A stretch of 32,000 nt of DNA from Candidatus Saccharimonadota bacterium (GTDB taxonomy: Bacteria > Pseudomonadota > Alphaproteobacteria > Rickettsiales > Anaplasmataceae): positions 660,001-692,000 of the forward strand of contig NZ_CP046580.1 of NCBI RefSeq assembly GCF_013365495.1. The letters are read 5' to 3'. The position numbers and the translations under genes are program-made. Positions 1-10,516 of this stretch are shown here, piece after piece; the stretch's first letter is position 1; each line of letters begins with the position of its first letter. The notes below the pieces were generated by a model. The model saw nothing but the letters and a program-made list of their open reading frames with translations, searched no databases and was not told where the DNA came from.

Positions 1-497
1 TTTATCAATAAAGATAAAATCTCATAACCAAATGCGCTTTTAGCGTCATGCTGAATTGCAATATCCCTGTGTTCTAACTCTTCATTACGAAACTTATTTA
101 TAGTTTCTCTTAATTCTCCATCTCTTAAATGCAAAACTTGCTCTTCGTAGTGTTTTTCAATCACTTCTTCAACTGCAGCAGTACAAGCCATAGCAGTTTT
201 TTTACCCATTACAGCTGTTATAACACCAAGTGAAACCCCCAATACACACCAAATTGGCAACAAAACAGTAGGGCGAATTTTTTGATTTTTAACTTTTTCT
301 CTAAAATAGTAGAAATGTTTCTTTTCTTGTTCTTCCATTTCAATTATCTTATTAATTATAGAAGATTTTTTAAAAATAAATCTTTGACCATAATAAATAC
401 AAAGAGCACCATACTCTCCAGCATGATTTACTCTAATTGCTTTCTCTAAAAAGTTTTTCTCCAACTTTTTATTAAAAAAATAGCTTTCTTTCTTCAA
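1..497 (-). CDS. coq7: Demethoxyubiquinone hydroxylase, Coq7/CLK-1 family (5' part only; C-terminus lies beyond the left edge)
   Basis: Not in the ORF track because it runs off the window. The minus-strand frame is open from TTG at 497-495 to position 1, with GGAGGG at 510-505 seven nt upstream. My translation is LKKESYFFNKKLEKNFLEKAIRVNHAGEYGALCIYYGQRF..EMEEQEKKHFYYF..AAVEEVIEKHYEEQ..NEELEHRDIAIQHD. It carries the RVxHAGExGA..IY.GQ signature and repeated ExxH di-iron motifs of Coq7. Confidence 0.75.
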   Translation of the reverse strand, partial: MKKESYFFNKKLEKNFLEKAIRVNHAGEYGALCIYYGQRFIFKKSSIINKIIEMEEQEKKHFYYFREKVKNQKIRPTVLLPIWCVLGVSLGVITAVMGKKTAMACTAAVEEVIEKHYEEQVLHLRDGELRETINKFRNEELEHRDIAIQHDAKSAFGYEILSLLI

Positions 498-1222
498 TTA
501 AAGACCCTCCGTTTATTTTCACTAACCTATTATAAATAAACATGTTGTAGAGTAAATAAAACTTTATACGATAACTATACAAATAATTAATTTCTTCTCA
601 AAATCAAAATAAACTATAAACCCTTATACCTTTATGTTACCTTATATATCATAACTCCCTTACCACTTTACTCTCCACCAACCCAGAAAAGAATGATCGA
701 TTAAAAAACTAAATCACATATAATAAAACAAAATTAATAGCCGAATTACCATCAAAACTGTTAGAAAAATAATTCTAATTATACTTTATATTATATCCCT
801 AAATATTTTATTCATAATTCAAACAATTTACTTTGTCTCAATTCTCAACTTTTTTATTTTTCTGATAAAATAAATACAAAACCATAAAAAGCAACTCATA
901 CAATACAATCACAGCACTGCACAATTACACCTAAAATTAAATAAAATTCTGTTCTCCTCCCCATAAAATTTTTCTTCATCCTTTTTACTTTAATAATATT
1001 TTTTCTATGTATAAATGTTTATTACACTAGCAATATGATATTTTTTTAACAAGAATTGGTATTATATTGTAATAATAAAAAATTTCAAAAATTTAAACCT
1101 ATATCGTGATTACAACTTAGATATAAAACCTAAAAGTACTATTTTACTCACTATTATAAGTGCTATCTTAAATTAATCATTATTAATTTTAATAATTAAC
1201 ATTCTTACTAAAAGAACATAAT

Positions 1223-2626
1223 TCAATATCCAGTTAACATTCTTTCTACCAATTCTCTTACTGTTGGTATATAACCATTCTTATAAAAAGGATCTTGCTT
1301 AAATCTATATACATTATACCCAGAAAACACAAGTTCATTTTCAATATCACCGTCATGCATAATATTTTGCAGTGTTTTTTGTATACAAAAACTTCGTGGA
1401 TCTGGCTTTCGACCAGTCGAGTGATTGCCGTGATCTTTCCAATTACTAAATAAACAATGACTTAAACACCCCATACAATTAATTTGATCACGCCTTATCT
1501 TCATAAATTTATCCGGTGTTACAAAAATAATAGTTGTATCTGGAGTTTTCATTACTTCTGTATATCCTGCTTTAATCCACATATTTACTAGTTTTTTATC
1601 TTTTGCAGTCAGATAAATTCTTCTACCTCTTACACCAACTGTAAATTCACTATTAAATTCTTCACTAGCATTTTCTGAAAATTTCACTTGACGTAAGTTC
1701 CGTTCCTGCAATTCACGTATAAAATTATTTCTTACTGCAGATGAGTAAAATCCTGTTGGGCTAAACTTATTTAAAAAAACATCACCCTTTTCTAAAGTCA
1801 ATAACTTCTTCTTCCATTTCATAGAAATTGGGCTTTCCTGAGTCAAAAGTGGACGTGTACCAAATTGAAAAGCTATTGGCCCAATTTGTAAATTATCAAG
1901 CCAATGTTCCCAATCTTTTAAATGCCACACTCCTCCTGCCATAACAATGAGTACTTTAGAAAGACCGACCTCACTCATAAAAGATCTCAATTCTACAACT
2001 CTCTCAAATGGAGCCTGGGGTAACATTGGATCTTCATTACTACTGAGTCCAGTATGTCCTCCAGCAAGCCATGGATCCTCATACACTACTCCACCAAGCA
2101 AAAATGAAGAGATTTTTTGGTAAGCACGTTTCCACAATGCTTTAAACGCACGTACTGATGAAATGATAGGATAATAATAAACTTGATATTTGGCTGCAAT
2201 CTCTCCAAGCCTATATGGCATGCCAGCACCACAAGTAATACCATGTACTAAACCCTTTGCTCTTTCTAATATACCGTGAAGTACACGTTCTGCTGCTCCC
2301 ATCTCCCATAAAACATTTATATGTATCCTTCCATGACCTTGTGATATTTCATTTGCTATTTTTGCCTGACTAACACCAGCCTTAATGCTATATTCAATTA
2401 ATTCCTCATGTTTTTCATTTCTTGTTTTACCTTTATAAATTAATGGCACTAACTCTCCATTACCATCAACAAGTTTAGCATTTGCACCTGAAAATGTACC
2501 AACAGCATCTGCTGCAGCAAATGCTCCACTTGATCTTCCGTCACTAATTGCAATACCTTTACCACCCTCAATGATTGGCCATACTTCTTTCCCTGAAATC
2601 ACTATCTTTTTTATCTTATCTCTCAA
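1223..2626 (-). CDS. FMN-dependent nitronate monooxygenase / 2-nitropropane dioxygenase-family oxidoreductase with a C-terminal extension
   Basis: 467-aa ORF. The start as drawn is TTG and there is no nearby ATG. Motifs PIIEGGKGIAIS, ITCGAGMP and VMAGGVW fit the NPD/NMO (FabK-like) TIM-barrel family. The last ~130 aa are an extension carrying CxxCxxxC. Confidence 0.8.
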   Translation of the reverse strand: MRDKIKKIVISGKEVWPIIEGGKGIAISDGRSSGAFAAADAVGTFSGANAKLVDGNGELVPLIYKGKTRNEKHEELIEYSIKAGVSQAKIANEISQGHGRIHINVLWEMGAAERVLHGILERAKGLVHGITCGAGMPYRLGEIAAKYQVYYYPIISSVRAFKALWKRAYQKISSFLLGGVVYEDPWLAGGHTGLSSNEDPMLPQAPFERVVELRSFMSEVGLSKVLIVMAGGVWHLKDWEHWLDNLQIGPIAFQFGTRPLLTQESPISMKWKKKLLTLEKGDVFLNKFSPTGFYSSAVRNNFIRELQERNLRQVKFSENASEEFNSEFTVGVRGRRIYLTAKDKKLVNMWIKAGYTEVMKTPDTTIIFVTPDKFMKIRRDQINCMGCLSHCLFSNWKDHGNHSTGRKPDPRSFCIQKTLQNIMHDGDIENELVFSGYNVYRFKQDPFYKNGYIPTVRELVERMLTGY

Positions 2627-2797
2627 AGCTTCTCTATAATTTTTTGTTCTATTCTACTTAATTATTAAAAAAACAATAGCTGTTTATTTTTTTCTTGACA
2701 AAATTAAAATCTATACAGTTAAATTTAAGTATCTAAGTACACATACAAGATCTAAAGATAACTACTGTAGCAAGTTTCTCTAAAAAATTTTTACTAC

Positions 2798-3385
2798 ATG
2801 ATTATAGGTTTAACAGGTGGAATTGGAGTAGGAAAAAGTTTTGTAGCCAACTGCTTTAAAAAGCTTGGGGCTGTTGTATTCGATGCTGACTTTACGGTAC
2901 ATCAACTTTATAAAAAAGATAATAACATAATAAGTTATGCAAAAGATAATTTTCCTATAGCAGTAGTAAACGGTGAAATAAATAGAACAATGCTATCTAA
3001 ATATTTTTTAGCTTATGATAAAAGTTGGAAGCACTTTCAATCTCTTGTTCATTCTACAGTACAAAACAAGCTGGAGTTTTTTATTACTCAAGAAAAAAAA
3101 ACAAACAAAAAACTCTTAATCCTAGACACTCCTCTTTTACTAGAAACGAAATTCTATTTTTATTGTAACTTTATTGTTCTCATTCATGCAGACAGCATCA
3201 TACAACTTCATAGACTCAGTAAACGTAACATAAACAAAGAAAAGCTAAATTTAATTATGAATATTCAGTTACCTTTTGAAGAAAAAAAAAGGATGAGCAA
3301 CTTTATTATTAACACTAGTACAAACAAAAAATTTGTTTTTTCTCAAGTAAAAAATATAGTAGATTCATTAAATCCCAGCAGTTGA
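2798..3385 (+). CDS. coaE: Dephospho-CoA kinase
   Basis: ATG at 2798. The N-terminal P-loop MIIGLTGGIGVGKS and the ~195 aa length are typical of CoaE. The 3' end overlaps the rnd 3' end by 18 bp. Confidence 0.9.
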   Translation: MIIGLTGGIGVGKSFVANCFKKLGAVVFDADFTVHQLYKKDNNIISYAKDNFPIAVVNGEINRTMLSKYFLAYDKSWKHFQSLVHSTVQNKLEFFITQEKKTNKKLLILDTPLLLETKFYFYCNFIVLIHADSIIQLHRLSKRNINKEKLNLIMNIQLPFEEKKRMSNFIINTSTNKKFVFSQVKNIVDSLNPSS

Positions 3386-4567
3386 TTTCAATTCACAACT
3401 TGAATCTACCAAATTACTTTTAATGGTATTCATACTATCTATAAATTTTACTATTGAGATTTCAAATTTTGAGCTTGCATTTAAAAACGACTCAACTGAC
3501 TTGCCAAAAAAATCATACCTCCACCCCTTGAACAATTTATCTATATGTCCAGATATTGAACTAATTAATTCATCTTTTGAAGAAACTAATTTCCTTGATA
3601 TATCATTTTCTTTACACTTACTTTCTAAAATAACCGAGAGTATATCAAATACAGACTTATCATAACTGTTTAACGAAACATAATTTTGTTGCATAAAATC
3701 TCTCTCATTCTCATTTAAAATATCTAGAAATTCTAATAAATCTTCCTCCTTTATATTTTTCGCATTCCTTCTAAGATCGTCCAGAATCTCATCAATACGC
3801 TCCACATTCCTCTCAATAAATCCAGCTATTATAGAATTATTAATTACTTTATTACGATTTATATTATAGCGCTGTGCCAAAGTCTCTTGCCACTCGCTAA
3901 CTGCTTTAATAATCAATATTAATCTTGGATTTATCCTATAATCAAATTTAATCTTCTTCCATGCATCTTTAGGACTATGCAAATATTTATTTATATCAAC
4001 TACTGATTCCATCTCTTCTTGAAACCAGTTTATCCTATTTTTTCCCTCAAGTTCATCATACAATATTTGATACAAATCATATAAATGCACTACATCACTC
4101 ACTGCATAGTCTAACTGATCCTTAGATAATGGACGCTTCAACCAGTCTGAATTCTTAGCTTTAACTTTATTCAGCAATATTCCCTGATATTGCTCCACTA
4201 CTTTTGAGTAACTAATAAAATCATAATAATAATGACAAAACATGGCAGCAACTTGGGTATCAAAAATAGGAGCAGGAATGCATTTAAACACAGTAAATAA
4301 AGATTCTATATCTTGCCTACAACTGTGAAACACCTTAATTATTTCTCGATCAAGCATAACTTTCTTAATAAATGATAAATCAATCTCTGGTGCTAATACA
4401 TCTATAACAAAACTCTTTTCTTTATAAGAAATTTGAATTAATGATAATTTAGGATAATAAGTTAAATTATTCCTAATAAACTCCGTGTCAACAGCTATAA
4501 ACTTTGGCTTCTTTACTCTCAGCTCCTCACACATTATACTCATATCTAATATTGTATCAATTAGCAT
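3368..4567 (-). CDS. rnd: Ribonuclease D (DEDDy 3'-5' exonuclease plus HRDC region)
   Basis: Motifs FIAVDTEF, FHSCRQDIE and YAVSDVVHLYDLY (DEDDy). The ORF track extends to a TTG at 4585. The first ATG (MLIDTILD...) is at 4567 and fits the RNase D N-terminus better. Confidence 0.85.
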   Translation of the reverse strand: MLIDTILDMSIMCEELRVKKPKFIAVDTEFIRNNLTYYPKLSLIQISYKEKSFVIDVLAPEIDLSFIKKVMLDREIIKVFHSCRQDIESLFTVFKCIPAPIFDTQVAAMFCHYYYDFISYSKVVEQYQGILLNKVKAKNSDWLKRPLSKDQLDYAVSDVVHLYDLYQILYDELEGKNRINWFQEEMESVVDINKYLHSPKDAWKKIKFDYRINPRLILIIKAVSEWQETLAQRYNINRNKVINNSIIAGFIERNVERIDEILDDLRRNAKNIKEEDLLEFLDILNENERDFMQQNYVSLNSYDKSVFDILSVILESKCKENDISRKLVSSKDELISSISGHIDKLFKGWRYDFFGKSVESFLNASSKFEISIVKFIDSMNTIKSNLVDSSCELKSTAGI

Positions 4568-4688
4568 ATATTTCTTACTTAACAATAAATCTTATCCCTA
4601 AATTAAACTCTTACAATTAATAACATCTAGCCATAATTTTTTATTAATTATATTTCTACAAAAATTTCAATAAAAGTACAAAAAATTG

Positions 4689-4716
4689 TTGACAACAAAA
4701 CTAAAAATGATAAGCT
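4689..4716 (+). promoter_or_regulatory. Candidate sigma70-type promoter for tRNA-Asn
   Basis: TTGACA at 4689-4694, a 16-nt spacer, then TAAGCT at 4711-4716 preceded by TG-a (extended -10-like). It ends ~17 nt upstream of the tRNA 5' end. Confidence 0.45.
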
Positions 4717-4732
4717 ATAAGACATGACTTAT

Positions 4733-4807
4733 TCCTCGGTAGCTCAGTGGTAGAGCAGTTGGCTGTTAACCAATTGGTCGTTGGTTCGAATCCATCCCGA
4801 GGAGCCA
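4733..4807 (+). tRNA. tRNA-Asn (anticodon GTT), CCA encoded
   Basis: Manual cloverleaf. Acceptor tcctcgg/ccgagga, D arm gctc-agtggta-gagc, anticodon arm gttgg-ctGTTaa-ccaat, T arm gttgg-ttcgaat-ccatc (one T-T mismatch at 50-64), discriminator g, then cca. Confidence 0.95.
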
Positions 4808-4970
4808 TGCTATTTTTGAAAAAGTCAAAATAATAAATAAGTTATTTTACAATCAGTCATAACTTTAAATTAAGAAACTTAAAATAAAGTAATAACATAA
4901 AGACTTTAATATTTTCTACTAAAAAAGAAAGCTTTTATAAAAAAGCAATTAATAAAATATATTTACTACT

Positions 4971-5984
4971 TTAAGCTGGCAAATTTTTAGTAAAAAGTAA
5001 CACTCCTGAAATGAAGATTACCCAAAATATAGATATTGGTAAAAACACTTTCCAACCAAGACGCATTAATTGATCATATCGATAACGAGGCATAGCTGCC
5101 CTAATCCAAATAAATATGAATAATAACAAAAATATCTTCAAAATGAACCAAACTAATCCTGGAATTTTATATAGTAAAGTAAACTCTATAGGAGGATACC
5201 ATCCTCCTAAAAAAAATATCGTCATCATAGCACTTGCCAAAATCATATTAGCATACTCCCCTAAAAAAAAAAGAGCAAAAGGTATTGATGAATACTCAAC
5301 ATTATACCCAGAAACAAGCTCTGCTTCAGCTTCTGGTAAATCAAAAGGATGACGATTAGTTTCTGCAAGAAACGCAATAAAGAATACTACTGCTATAGGC
5401 ATAAGTAACACATCAATCCAAAATGGCATATTATGCTTTACTACCACCATTTTTCCTAGATTCAGTGTGCCAGTCATAATAACAACTATAACAACTATAA
5501 GACCTATTGAAATCTCATATGAAATCATTTGAGCAACTGATCTTATACTACCTAAAAAGGCATAGTTAGAATTACTAGACCATCCTGCAATAACTATACC
5601 ATATACTCCCAAAGAAGACACAGCCAATACATAAAGAACTCCAACATTAATATTTGCTATTACCTTAGGAACTACTATTTCCTGTCCATTTTCTATAACA
5701 ACTTTAGCACCAAATGGTATTACTGCCCATGCAATAAGTGCTAGAGAAAAAGTAAGAATTGGAGCCATAATAAATAATACAGTATTTGCTCTAAACGGTA
5801 TTATCGGCTCTTTAACCAGCAACTTAATAGCATCTGCAAATGGCTGTAGTAACCCAAAAGGTCCAACAACACTTGGACCATGTCTTAATTGAATTGCAGC
5901 AATAATTTTACGCTCAAAATACACTAAATATGAAATTGAAAGAAGCAGAACTAAAATAAATAAAATATTAACTAGTATATTCAT
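4971..5984 (-). CDS. nuoH: NADH-quinone oxidoreductase subunit H
   Basis: Polytopic membrane protein with [18 protein letters not shown] and [12 protein letters not shown] motifs. The ORF track starts at a GTG at 6023. The first ATG (MNILVNILF...) at 5984 still overlaps the nuoG stop by 17 nt. Confidence 0.93.
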   Translation of the reverse strand: MNILVNILFILVLLLSISYLVYFERKIIAAIQLRHGPSVVGPFGLLQPFADAIKLLVKEPIIPFRANTVLFIMAPILTFSLALIAWAVIPFGAKVVIENGQEIVVPKVIANINVGVLYVLAVSSLGVYGIVIAGWSSNSNYAFLGSIRSVAQMISYEISIGLIVVIVVIMTGTLNLGKMVVVKHNMPFWIDVLLMPIAVVFFIAFLAETNRHPFDLPEAEAELVSGYNVEYSSIPFALFFLGEYANMILASAMMTIFFLGGWYPPIEFTLLYKIPGLVWFILKIFLLLFIFIWIRAAMPRYRYDQLMRLGWKVFLPISIFWVIFISGVLLFTKNLPA

Positions 5985-8013
5985 AGAAGGCCTTAGTACA
6001 ATCTGCCATAATTTTTGAAGCACGACTTATAGGATCTGTCATATAAAAATTACTTTCCTTTAAAGTAAAAGGCTGATTACTTAAGCTAATTTGACTACAA
6101 TCAATCAAAACCCATTCATTTTTTATCACTTGATCAATATTTTTAAACTGTTGGCCAATAGTATCCAATTTTTTTCTCACATCAAATAAACTATCATATG
6201 GCAAGGAAAAATCCAAGTATTGAGACAAATTCTTAATAATCAACCAATCCTCTTTTGCTTCCCCAGGAGGAAGTATAGCTAAATTTGCTCTCTGGACCCG
6301 ACCTTCAGTATTCACGTAAGTTGCATATTTCTCTGTATAGGCCGCCCCAGGTAAAATTATATCTGCTATATGTGCTCCTTTATCACCATGATGGCCTTGA
6401 TAGATAACAAATGTATTTTCTAACTTTGATGTATCAATTTCATCGGCACCAAGAAGATAAACAACCTCTATCTCACCACTCTCTGCTTGCTTAAGTATTT
6501 GATTAACATCTTTTCCACCTTCTTTAGGAACAAACCCAATATCTAATCCACCTACTCTTGCTGCAGCTTTATGCAGAACGTTAAAACCATTCCAATCATT
6601 TCTTACCACATTAAATTTTTCTGCAATTAAACTAACTAAAGCAAAAACTGATTCAGAATCACTTCTTGTTAATGCATCTTGCCCTATAATCAGCATAGGA
6701 TTTTGAGCAGCATTTAACAATTTGCAAAATCTATGATTCCCCTCCATTATTTCATTTAAGACATGAGGATTATCACCCAATTTCTCAACATAGTACAAAT
6801 ACTCAATGTCAGGACCAATGCTTGCAATAGGAAAATTCCCTCGCAAATATCTTTTTCTTATACGTGCATTAATAATAGGTGCCTCCACTTTAGGATTCGT
6901 ATCTATAAACAAACATAAATCTGCATTTTCTATATTTTCAATAGTAGTGTTAAACACATATAATCCACGATTATTCGACATAAGTTTTGCCCCATCTTGT
7001 CTGCAATCTAAATTTAATGAACCAAGCTTACACATCATTTCCTTTAATAAAAGCATAGATTCACAATCTACTAAATCACCTGCAATTGCAGCTATTTTTT
7101 TCGGTTTCGTACTCTTTAACTTTTTTGCAGCAGCAGCAAAAGCTTCACTCCAATCAACAGAAACTAACTTATTACCTTTTTTTATGTAAGGTCGATCAAG
7201 ACGCTGTACTCTTAATCCATCATAAGCAAAACGAGTTTTATCTGATATCCACTCTTCATTAACTTCTTCATTGAGTCTTGGTAATATTCGCATAATCTCA
7301 AGACCACGATAGTCAATTCTTATTGCACTTCCCACAGCATCAAGTACATCTATGGTTTCACAATGAGATAATTCCCATGAACGGGCCCTAAACAAATAAG
7401 GCTTTGAAGTTAAAGCTCCTACAGGGCAGAGATCTATAATATTTCCAGACAATTCAGATTTAATATACCTTTCTACATAAGTACTAACTTCCATATTTTC
7501 TCCTCTACCAATTCCTCCAAGTTCATTTGTACCTGCTACTTCAGAAAGAAACCTAATACACCGAGTACAATGAATACATCTATTCATTGCAGTTTCAATC
7601 AATGGACCAAAATATTTTTTTGGTACAACTCTTTTATATTCATTAAATCTACTTATTCCTTTTCCATAGGCCATTGTTATATCCTGTAGATCACATTCAC
7701 CTCCTTGATCACAAATAGGACAGTCAAGCGGATGATTAATTAGCAAAAATTCAAGTACACCTTCACGAGCTCTCTTAACTTTTGAGCTATCAGTACGGAT
7801 AACCATACCTTCTACAACTGGCATTACGCAAGAAGCAACTGGTTTTAGACTTCCCTCAACTTCAACCAAACACATTCTACAGTTACCAGAAACTGCTAAA
7901 CGCTCATGATAACAAAAACGTGGGACTTCAATACCTACCACTTCACAAGCTTGAATTATAGTAAACCCAGACTCTACTTCATACTCCTTAGAATTAATAG
8001 TAATCTTAACCAC
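5968..8013 (-). CDS. nuoG: NADH-quinone oxidoreductase subunit G (75-kDa Fe-S subunit)
   Basis: GTG start. Motifs are the 2Fe-2[38 protein letters not shown] and [10 protein letters not shown], followed by a molybdopterin-like domain. Confidence 0.95.
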   Translation of the reverse strand: MVKITINSKEYEVESGFTIIQACEVVGIEVPRFCYHERLAVSGNCRMCLVEVEGSLKPVASCVMPVVEGMVIRTDSSKVKRAREGVLEFLLINHPLDCPICDQGGECDLQDITMAYGKGISRFNEYKRVVPKKYFGPLIETAMNRCIHCTRCIRFLSEVAGTNELGGIGRGENMEVSTYVERYIKSELSGNIIDLCPVGALTSKPYLFRARSWELSHCETIDVLDAVGSAIRIDYRGLEIMRILPRLNEEVNEEWISDKTRFAYDGLRVQRLDRPYIKKGNKLVSVDWSEAFAAAAKKLKSTKPKKIAAIAGDLVDCESMLLLKEMMCKLGSLNLDCRQDGAKLMSNNRGLYVFNTTIENIENADLCLFIDTNPKVEAPIINARIRKRYLRGNFPIASIGPDIEYLYYVEKLGDNPHVLNEIMEGNHRFCKLLNAAQNPMLIIGQDALTRSDSESVFALVSLIAEKFNVVRNDWNGFNVLHKAAARVGGLDIGFVPKEGGKDVNQILKQAESGEIEVVYLLGADEIDTSKLENTFVIYQGHHGDKGAHIADIILPGAAYTEKYATYVNTEGRVQRANLAILPPGEAKEDWLIIKNLSQYLDFSLPYDSLFDVRKKLDTIGQQFKNIDQVIKNEWVLIDCSQISLSNQPFTLKESNFYMTDPISRASKIMADCTKAFYEYTS

Positions 8014-8026
8014 AAACTTAAACCCA

Positions 8027-8239
8027 CTACATAGCTTCCCATCTCATAGGATTACCACTTATCTCATCTTCAACTAAATGACCATCATTATACTGTGCAG
8101 ACATATAATTTACATGTAAATCACGATCTATATACCTAACTGGTCTTACAGGTTTACCTTTATACATTTTTTGTTCAATCTTCTTACGTTGAGTAGGATT
8201 ATTTTTACTAGCTACCTTCTCTTTCCCTCCTGTTATCAT
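8027..8239 (-). CDS. Hypothetical small basic protein (70 aa) immediately upstream of nuoG
   Basis: ATG at 8239 with a G5 run (8243-8247) 3 nt upstream as a possible SD. Its stop is 13 nt before the nuoG GTG on the same strand. I recognise no family. Confidence 0.5.
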   Translation of the reverse strand: MITGGKEKVASKNNPTQRKKIEQKMYKGKPVRPVRYIDRDLHVNYMSAQYNDGHLVEDEISGNPMRWEAM

Positions 8240-8744
8240 GAACCCCCAAAAAAATTTCTTACTCCCACTTTAACATCCAAATATATAATGTCAATACTAA
8301 ATAACTTTAAAAGTTAAACTAATAAGAATTATTAGTAACTAAAAAAATAATTGCCGATCTTAATTATCACCAAAGCTTTTACAACTTTATCAAGAATAAA
8401 AGTAGCTTACATAAAATTAAGTATCTTATTTAAAGAATATAAAGTTATGATTAGTACTACTTACTATTCAAAGACACTTTACTTTAAAAAATATAGTAAA
8501 ATAAATAAAACAAAAAATCATACATAATCTAAACATTCATGCACCACATAAAGTTTCATAGTAATTCTTCTAGAAATAAAAATTCTCGTTGTATTAATAT
8601 CATTAAAATACATATTCATATATTAATCATACGACAATTATCTCAAAGTACAGTATATAAATTTAAATATAAAAACATAAAAATCTTAAATAATTGTTGA
8701 AATTCTTATCTTTCTTTAAAGATATAATTTACTTGCTTATCATT

Positions 8745-8773
8745 TCATATGAAACAAATCATATGAAACAAAT
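8745..8773. repeat. Perfect tandem duplication of a 14-bp unit (tcatatgaaacaaa x2)
   Basis: Read directly: 8745-8758 and 8759-8772 are identical, and the next base restarts the unit. It lies in the nuoG-side/guaB divergent spacer. Confidence 0.9.
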
Positions 8774-9022
8774 TTACTATTAAGTCCAATATACTAAAAA
8801 GATACTAGCATAATATTGATAAATAATGTATAATATATCAATATTTTACCTATCACAGTCACTTTACTATATCAATAGAAACTAAATACAAACTATAATA
8901 AATAACACACAAACATAATAAAATACACCTTACTAAATCACCTTACACTATAAGCCAATTTATAAAGCCTTTTCCCCCTATTGCAATTCAATTAATTGAC
9001 GTATAAGCTTTAAATAAAGCCT

Positions 9023-10516
9023 ATGAAAAAAATGGAAGTTTGTTATTCGTTTGACGATATACTTCTCTTGCCAGCTCACTCTAGTATATTACCTTGTGAG
9101 GTGGATACAAAAACCTATTTAACAAATAATATAGAGCTCAATATTCCTCTTATATCTTCTGCAATGGATACCGTTACTGAATCAGATTTTGCAATAACCA
9201 TTGCCCAACATGGTGGAATAGGTTGTATACACAAAAATTTGTCAATAGACAAACAAGTCTCAGAAGTGAAAAGAGTAAAAAAATATGAAAGCTGGATTGT
9301 ATATAACCCAATTACAATTTCCCCAGATAAAACAGTTGCAGAAGCAATTTTGTTAATGAAAGAACATAACTATTCCGGTATTCCTGTAGTAGACCAACAC
9401 AAATTGGTCGGCATTCTTACTAATAAAGATGTAAAGTTTATTGAAAATAAAAACATAAATATAAAAGTTTCTGAAGTAATGACAAAAGATAAGCTAATTA
9501 CAGTGCGAGAGCAAGAAGTTGATAGTGTTTTAGCAATGAGATTATTACATGAAAATAGGATAAAAAAACTTTTAGTCACAGATGAAAATTCTTGCTGCAT
9601 AGGATTAATTACAGTTAAAGATATTAAAAAATACAATAGATATCCTAACTCATGTAAAGATAGCAAAGGACGACTAAGGGTTGCTGCTGCAATTGGAACT
9701 GGCAAAAAAGATGGTATTGAAAGATGCGAAGCTTTGATTGGAAAAGAAATTGACGTAATTATTATAGATACCGCTCATGGTCATTCCGAAAATGTTATTA
9801 ATACAATAAAAGAAATAAAAACCATGTATCCCAACATACAATTAGTAGGTGGAAATATTGCCACAAAAGAAGCTGCTGAAGCATTAATCGATGTCGGTGT
9901 CGATGCAGTAAAGGTTGGTATAGGACCTGGATCAATTTGCACAACTAGAATAGTTACAGGTGTTGGTGTACCACAATTTTCCGCAATTCAAAACATTGCA
10001 GAGGTATGTAAAGCAAGAAAAGTAAGATTAATTGCAGATGGTGGCATAAAATATTCAGGAGATATTGCAAAAGCTATTGCAGCCGGTGCTGATTCTGTAA
10101 TGATTGGTTCACTCTTTGCAGGCACTAACGAAAGTCCAGGTAAGATTATTACATACAAGGGGAGGACATACAAAAACTATCGAGGAATGGGATCCATTAG
10201 CGCAATGAAAAAAGGCTCAGCTAGCCGTTACTTCCAAAGTAAAAACTCAAAATTAAAATTAATTCCACAAGGAGTAGAAGGAAGAGTACCATTTAAAGGT
10301 CCAGCTTCAGGAGTAATTAATCAATTAATTGGCGGACTACAAGCTGCAATGGGGTATACTGGCAATAAGAATATAGAAGAAATGAGAAAAAATTGCAAAT
10401 TTGTTGCTATCACTGCATCAGGACTAAGAGAAAGTCATGTTCATGATATCATTATCACACAAGAAGCTCCAAATTACGTCTACCAAACATCCAATTCATC
10501 AGTAAACTCAGAGTAA
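9023..10516 (+). CDS. guaB: Inosine-5'-monophosphate dehydrogenase
   Basis: FDDILLLP N-terminus, an internal CBS pair, the catalytic loop [11 protein letters not shown], and [12 protein letters not shown]. An alternative ATG lies 9 nt downstream (MEVCYSFDD). Confidence 0.95.
   Translation: MKKMEVCYSFDDILLLPAHSSILPCEVDTKTYLTNNIELNIPLISSAMDTVTESDFAITIAQHGGIGCIHKNLSIDKQVSEVKRVKKYESWIVYNPITISPDKTVAEAILLMKEHNYSGIPVVDQHKLVGILTNKDVKFIENKNINIKVSEVMTKDKLITVREQEVDSVLAMRLLHENRIKKLLVTDENSCCIGLITVKDIKKYNRYPNSCKDSKGRLRVAAAIGTGKKDGIERCEALIGKEIDVIIIDTAHGHSENVINTIKEIKTMYPNIQLVGGNIATKEAAEALIDVGVDAVKVGIGPGSICTTRIVTGVGVPQFSAIQNIAEVCKARKVRLIADGGIKYSGDIAKAIAAGADSVMIGSLFAGTNESPGKIITYKGRTYKNYRGMGSISAMKKGSASRYFQSKNSKLKLIPQGVEGRVPFKGPASGVINQLIGGLQAAMGYTGNKNIEEMRKNCKFVAITASGLRESHVHDIIITQEAPNYVYQTSNSSVNSE

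Noticed and set aside
1173-1200. TTAA-Nx-TTAA(C) CtrA-box-like spacing, and a TTATCCAtt DnaA-box-like site at 24010-24018.
   Set aside because: The spacings are N6/N9 rather than N7, and the site lies downstream of a gene. There is a single partial DnaA box with no cluster. Both patterns are common by chance in AT-rich DNA, and there is no skew switch to indicate an origin.
3423-3665. 80-aa plus-strand ORF inside rnd.
   Set aside because: It lies entirely antisense to a well-supported RNase D gene. It has low-complexity composition and no SD. It is a shadow ORF of AT-rich coding DNA.
5116-7189. ORFs 5116-5352 (+) and 6806-7189 (+), antisense to nuoH and nuoG.
   Set aside because: They are fully embedded in strongly conserved complex I genes on the other strand, with no independent support.
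8812-8845. 10-bp perfect inverted repeat aatattgata-N14-tatcaatatt flanking a TATAAT-like sequence ~190 bp upstream of guaB. It could be an operator.
   Set aside because: A rough estimate for ~80% AT DNA gives about one such 10-bp inverted repeat by chance in a spacer this size. There is no matching -35 element.
9370-10173. ORFs 9370-9705 (-) and 9988-10173 (-), antisense to guaB.
   Set aside because: Shadow ORFs within IMP dehydrogenase.
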